Of a DNA stretch of 64,000 nt, positions 63,801 through 64,000 are shown piece by piece. Source of the stretch: Chiloscyllium plagiosum (taxonomy: Eukaryota). Numbering within the stretch: the stretch's first letter is position 1; every line of letters starts with the position of its first letter. Location of the stretch: assembly GCF_004010195.1 (NCBI RefSeq), contig NC_057750.1, positions 18,861,860 through 18,925,859 of the forward strand, read 5' to 3'. The notes beneath the pieces are model-generated. The model was not told the DNA's origin. It did not search any database and saw nothing but the letters and a program-made list of their open reading frames with translations. The position numbers were made by a program, and so were the translations under genes.

Positions 63801-64000
63801 GATTGGTCACTTTAGGTCCGACGAGTTTCAGAGCCCAACAGGTTCAGTGTGTTGAAGTCATTAACAGACAATGTCTGGGAAACTAAAGCAGGTCTATAAA
63901 GTTGACACACCACAAAGGCCGAAAAGTACAATATGTATGGAGAAATCAATAATTCTGGAAATAAATTTGAAAATGTGTTAAGCTACATGTGAATGGCCAT

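Noticed and set aside
1-64000. D, J (FGxG) or constant-region exons
   Set aside because: No RSS-flanked D, FGxG J segment or C1-set exon recognised by eye; a short segment, or one inside the gaps, could be missed.

Overview
Vertebrate genomic DNA, almost certainly from a cartilaginous fish (shark or ray), inferred from HE1/V-SINE-type SINEs and CR1 and Penelope repeats. It contains two assembly gaps (17192-17691, 44040-44424). The window holds a tandem array of 11 co-oriented (minus-strand) T-cell receptor V gene segments. Each has a ~296-302-nt V exon followed by a 23-bp-spacer RSS or its remnant, and all but one relic also have a 37-nt leader exon and short intron. Nearly all end in YYCAWS(I/L) and, as I recall the sequence, resemble human TRBV30 (mouse TRBV31), the lone inverted Vbeta 3' of Cbeta. 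Only two have an intact ORF plus canonical RSS (10.8 kb, 22.7 kb). Two are intact with variant RSS (15.9 kb, 52.1 kb), two are intact ORFs with a crippled RSS (41.5 kb, 53.7 kb), and five are pseudogenes. I recognised no D, J or C segments. The array grew by a ~39-kb segmental duplication plus a 1.6-kb tandem duplication whose junction removes an RSS nonamer. The intergenic DNA is mostly CR1 LINEs, SINEs, LTR relics and many palindromic Penelope-derived mini-elements with 10-15-bp TSDs and hammerhead-ribozyme-like cores; one of these disrupts the YYC motif of a V gene.
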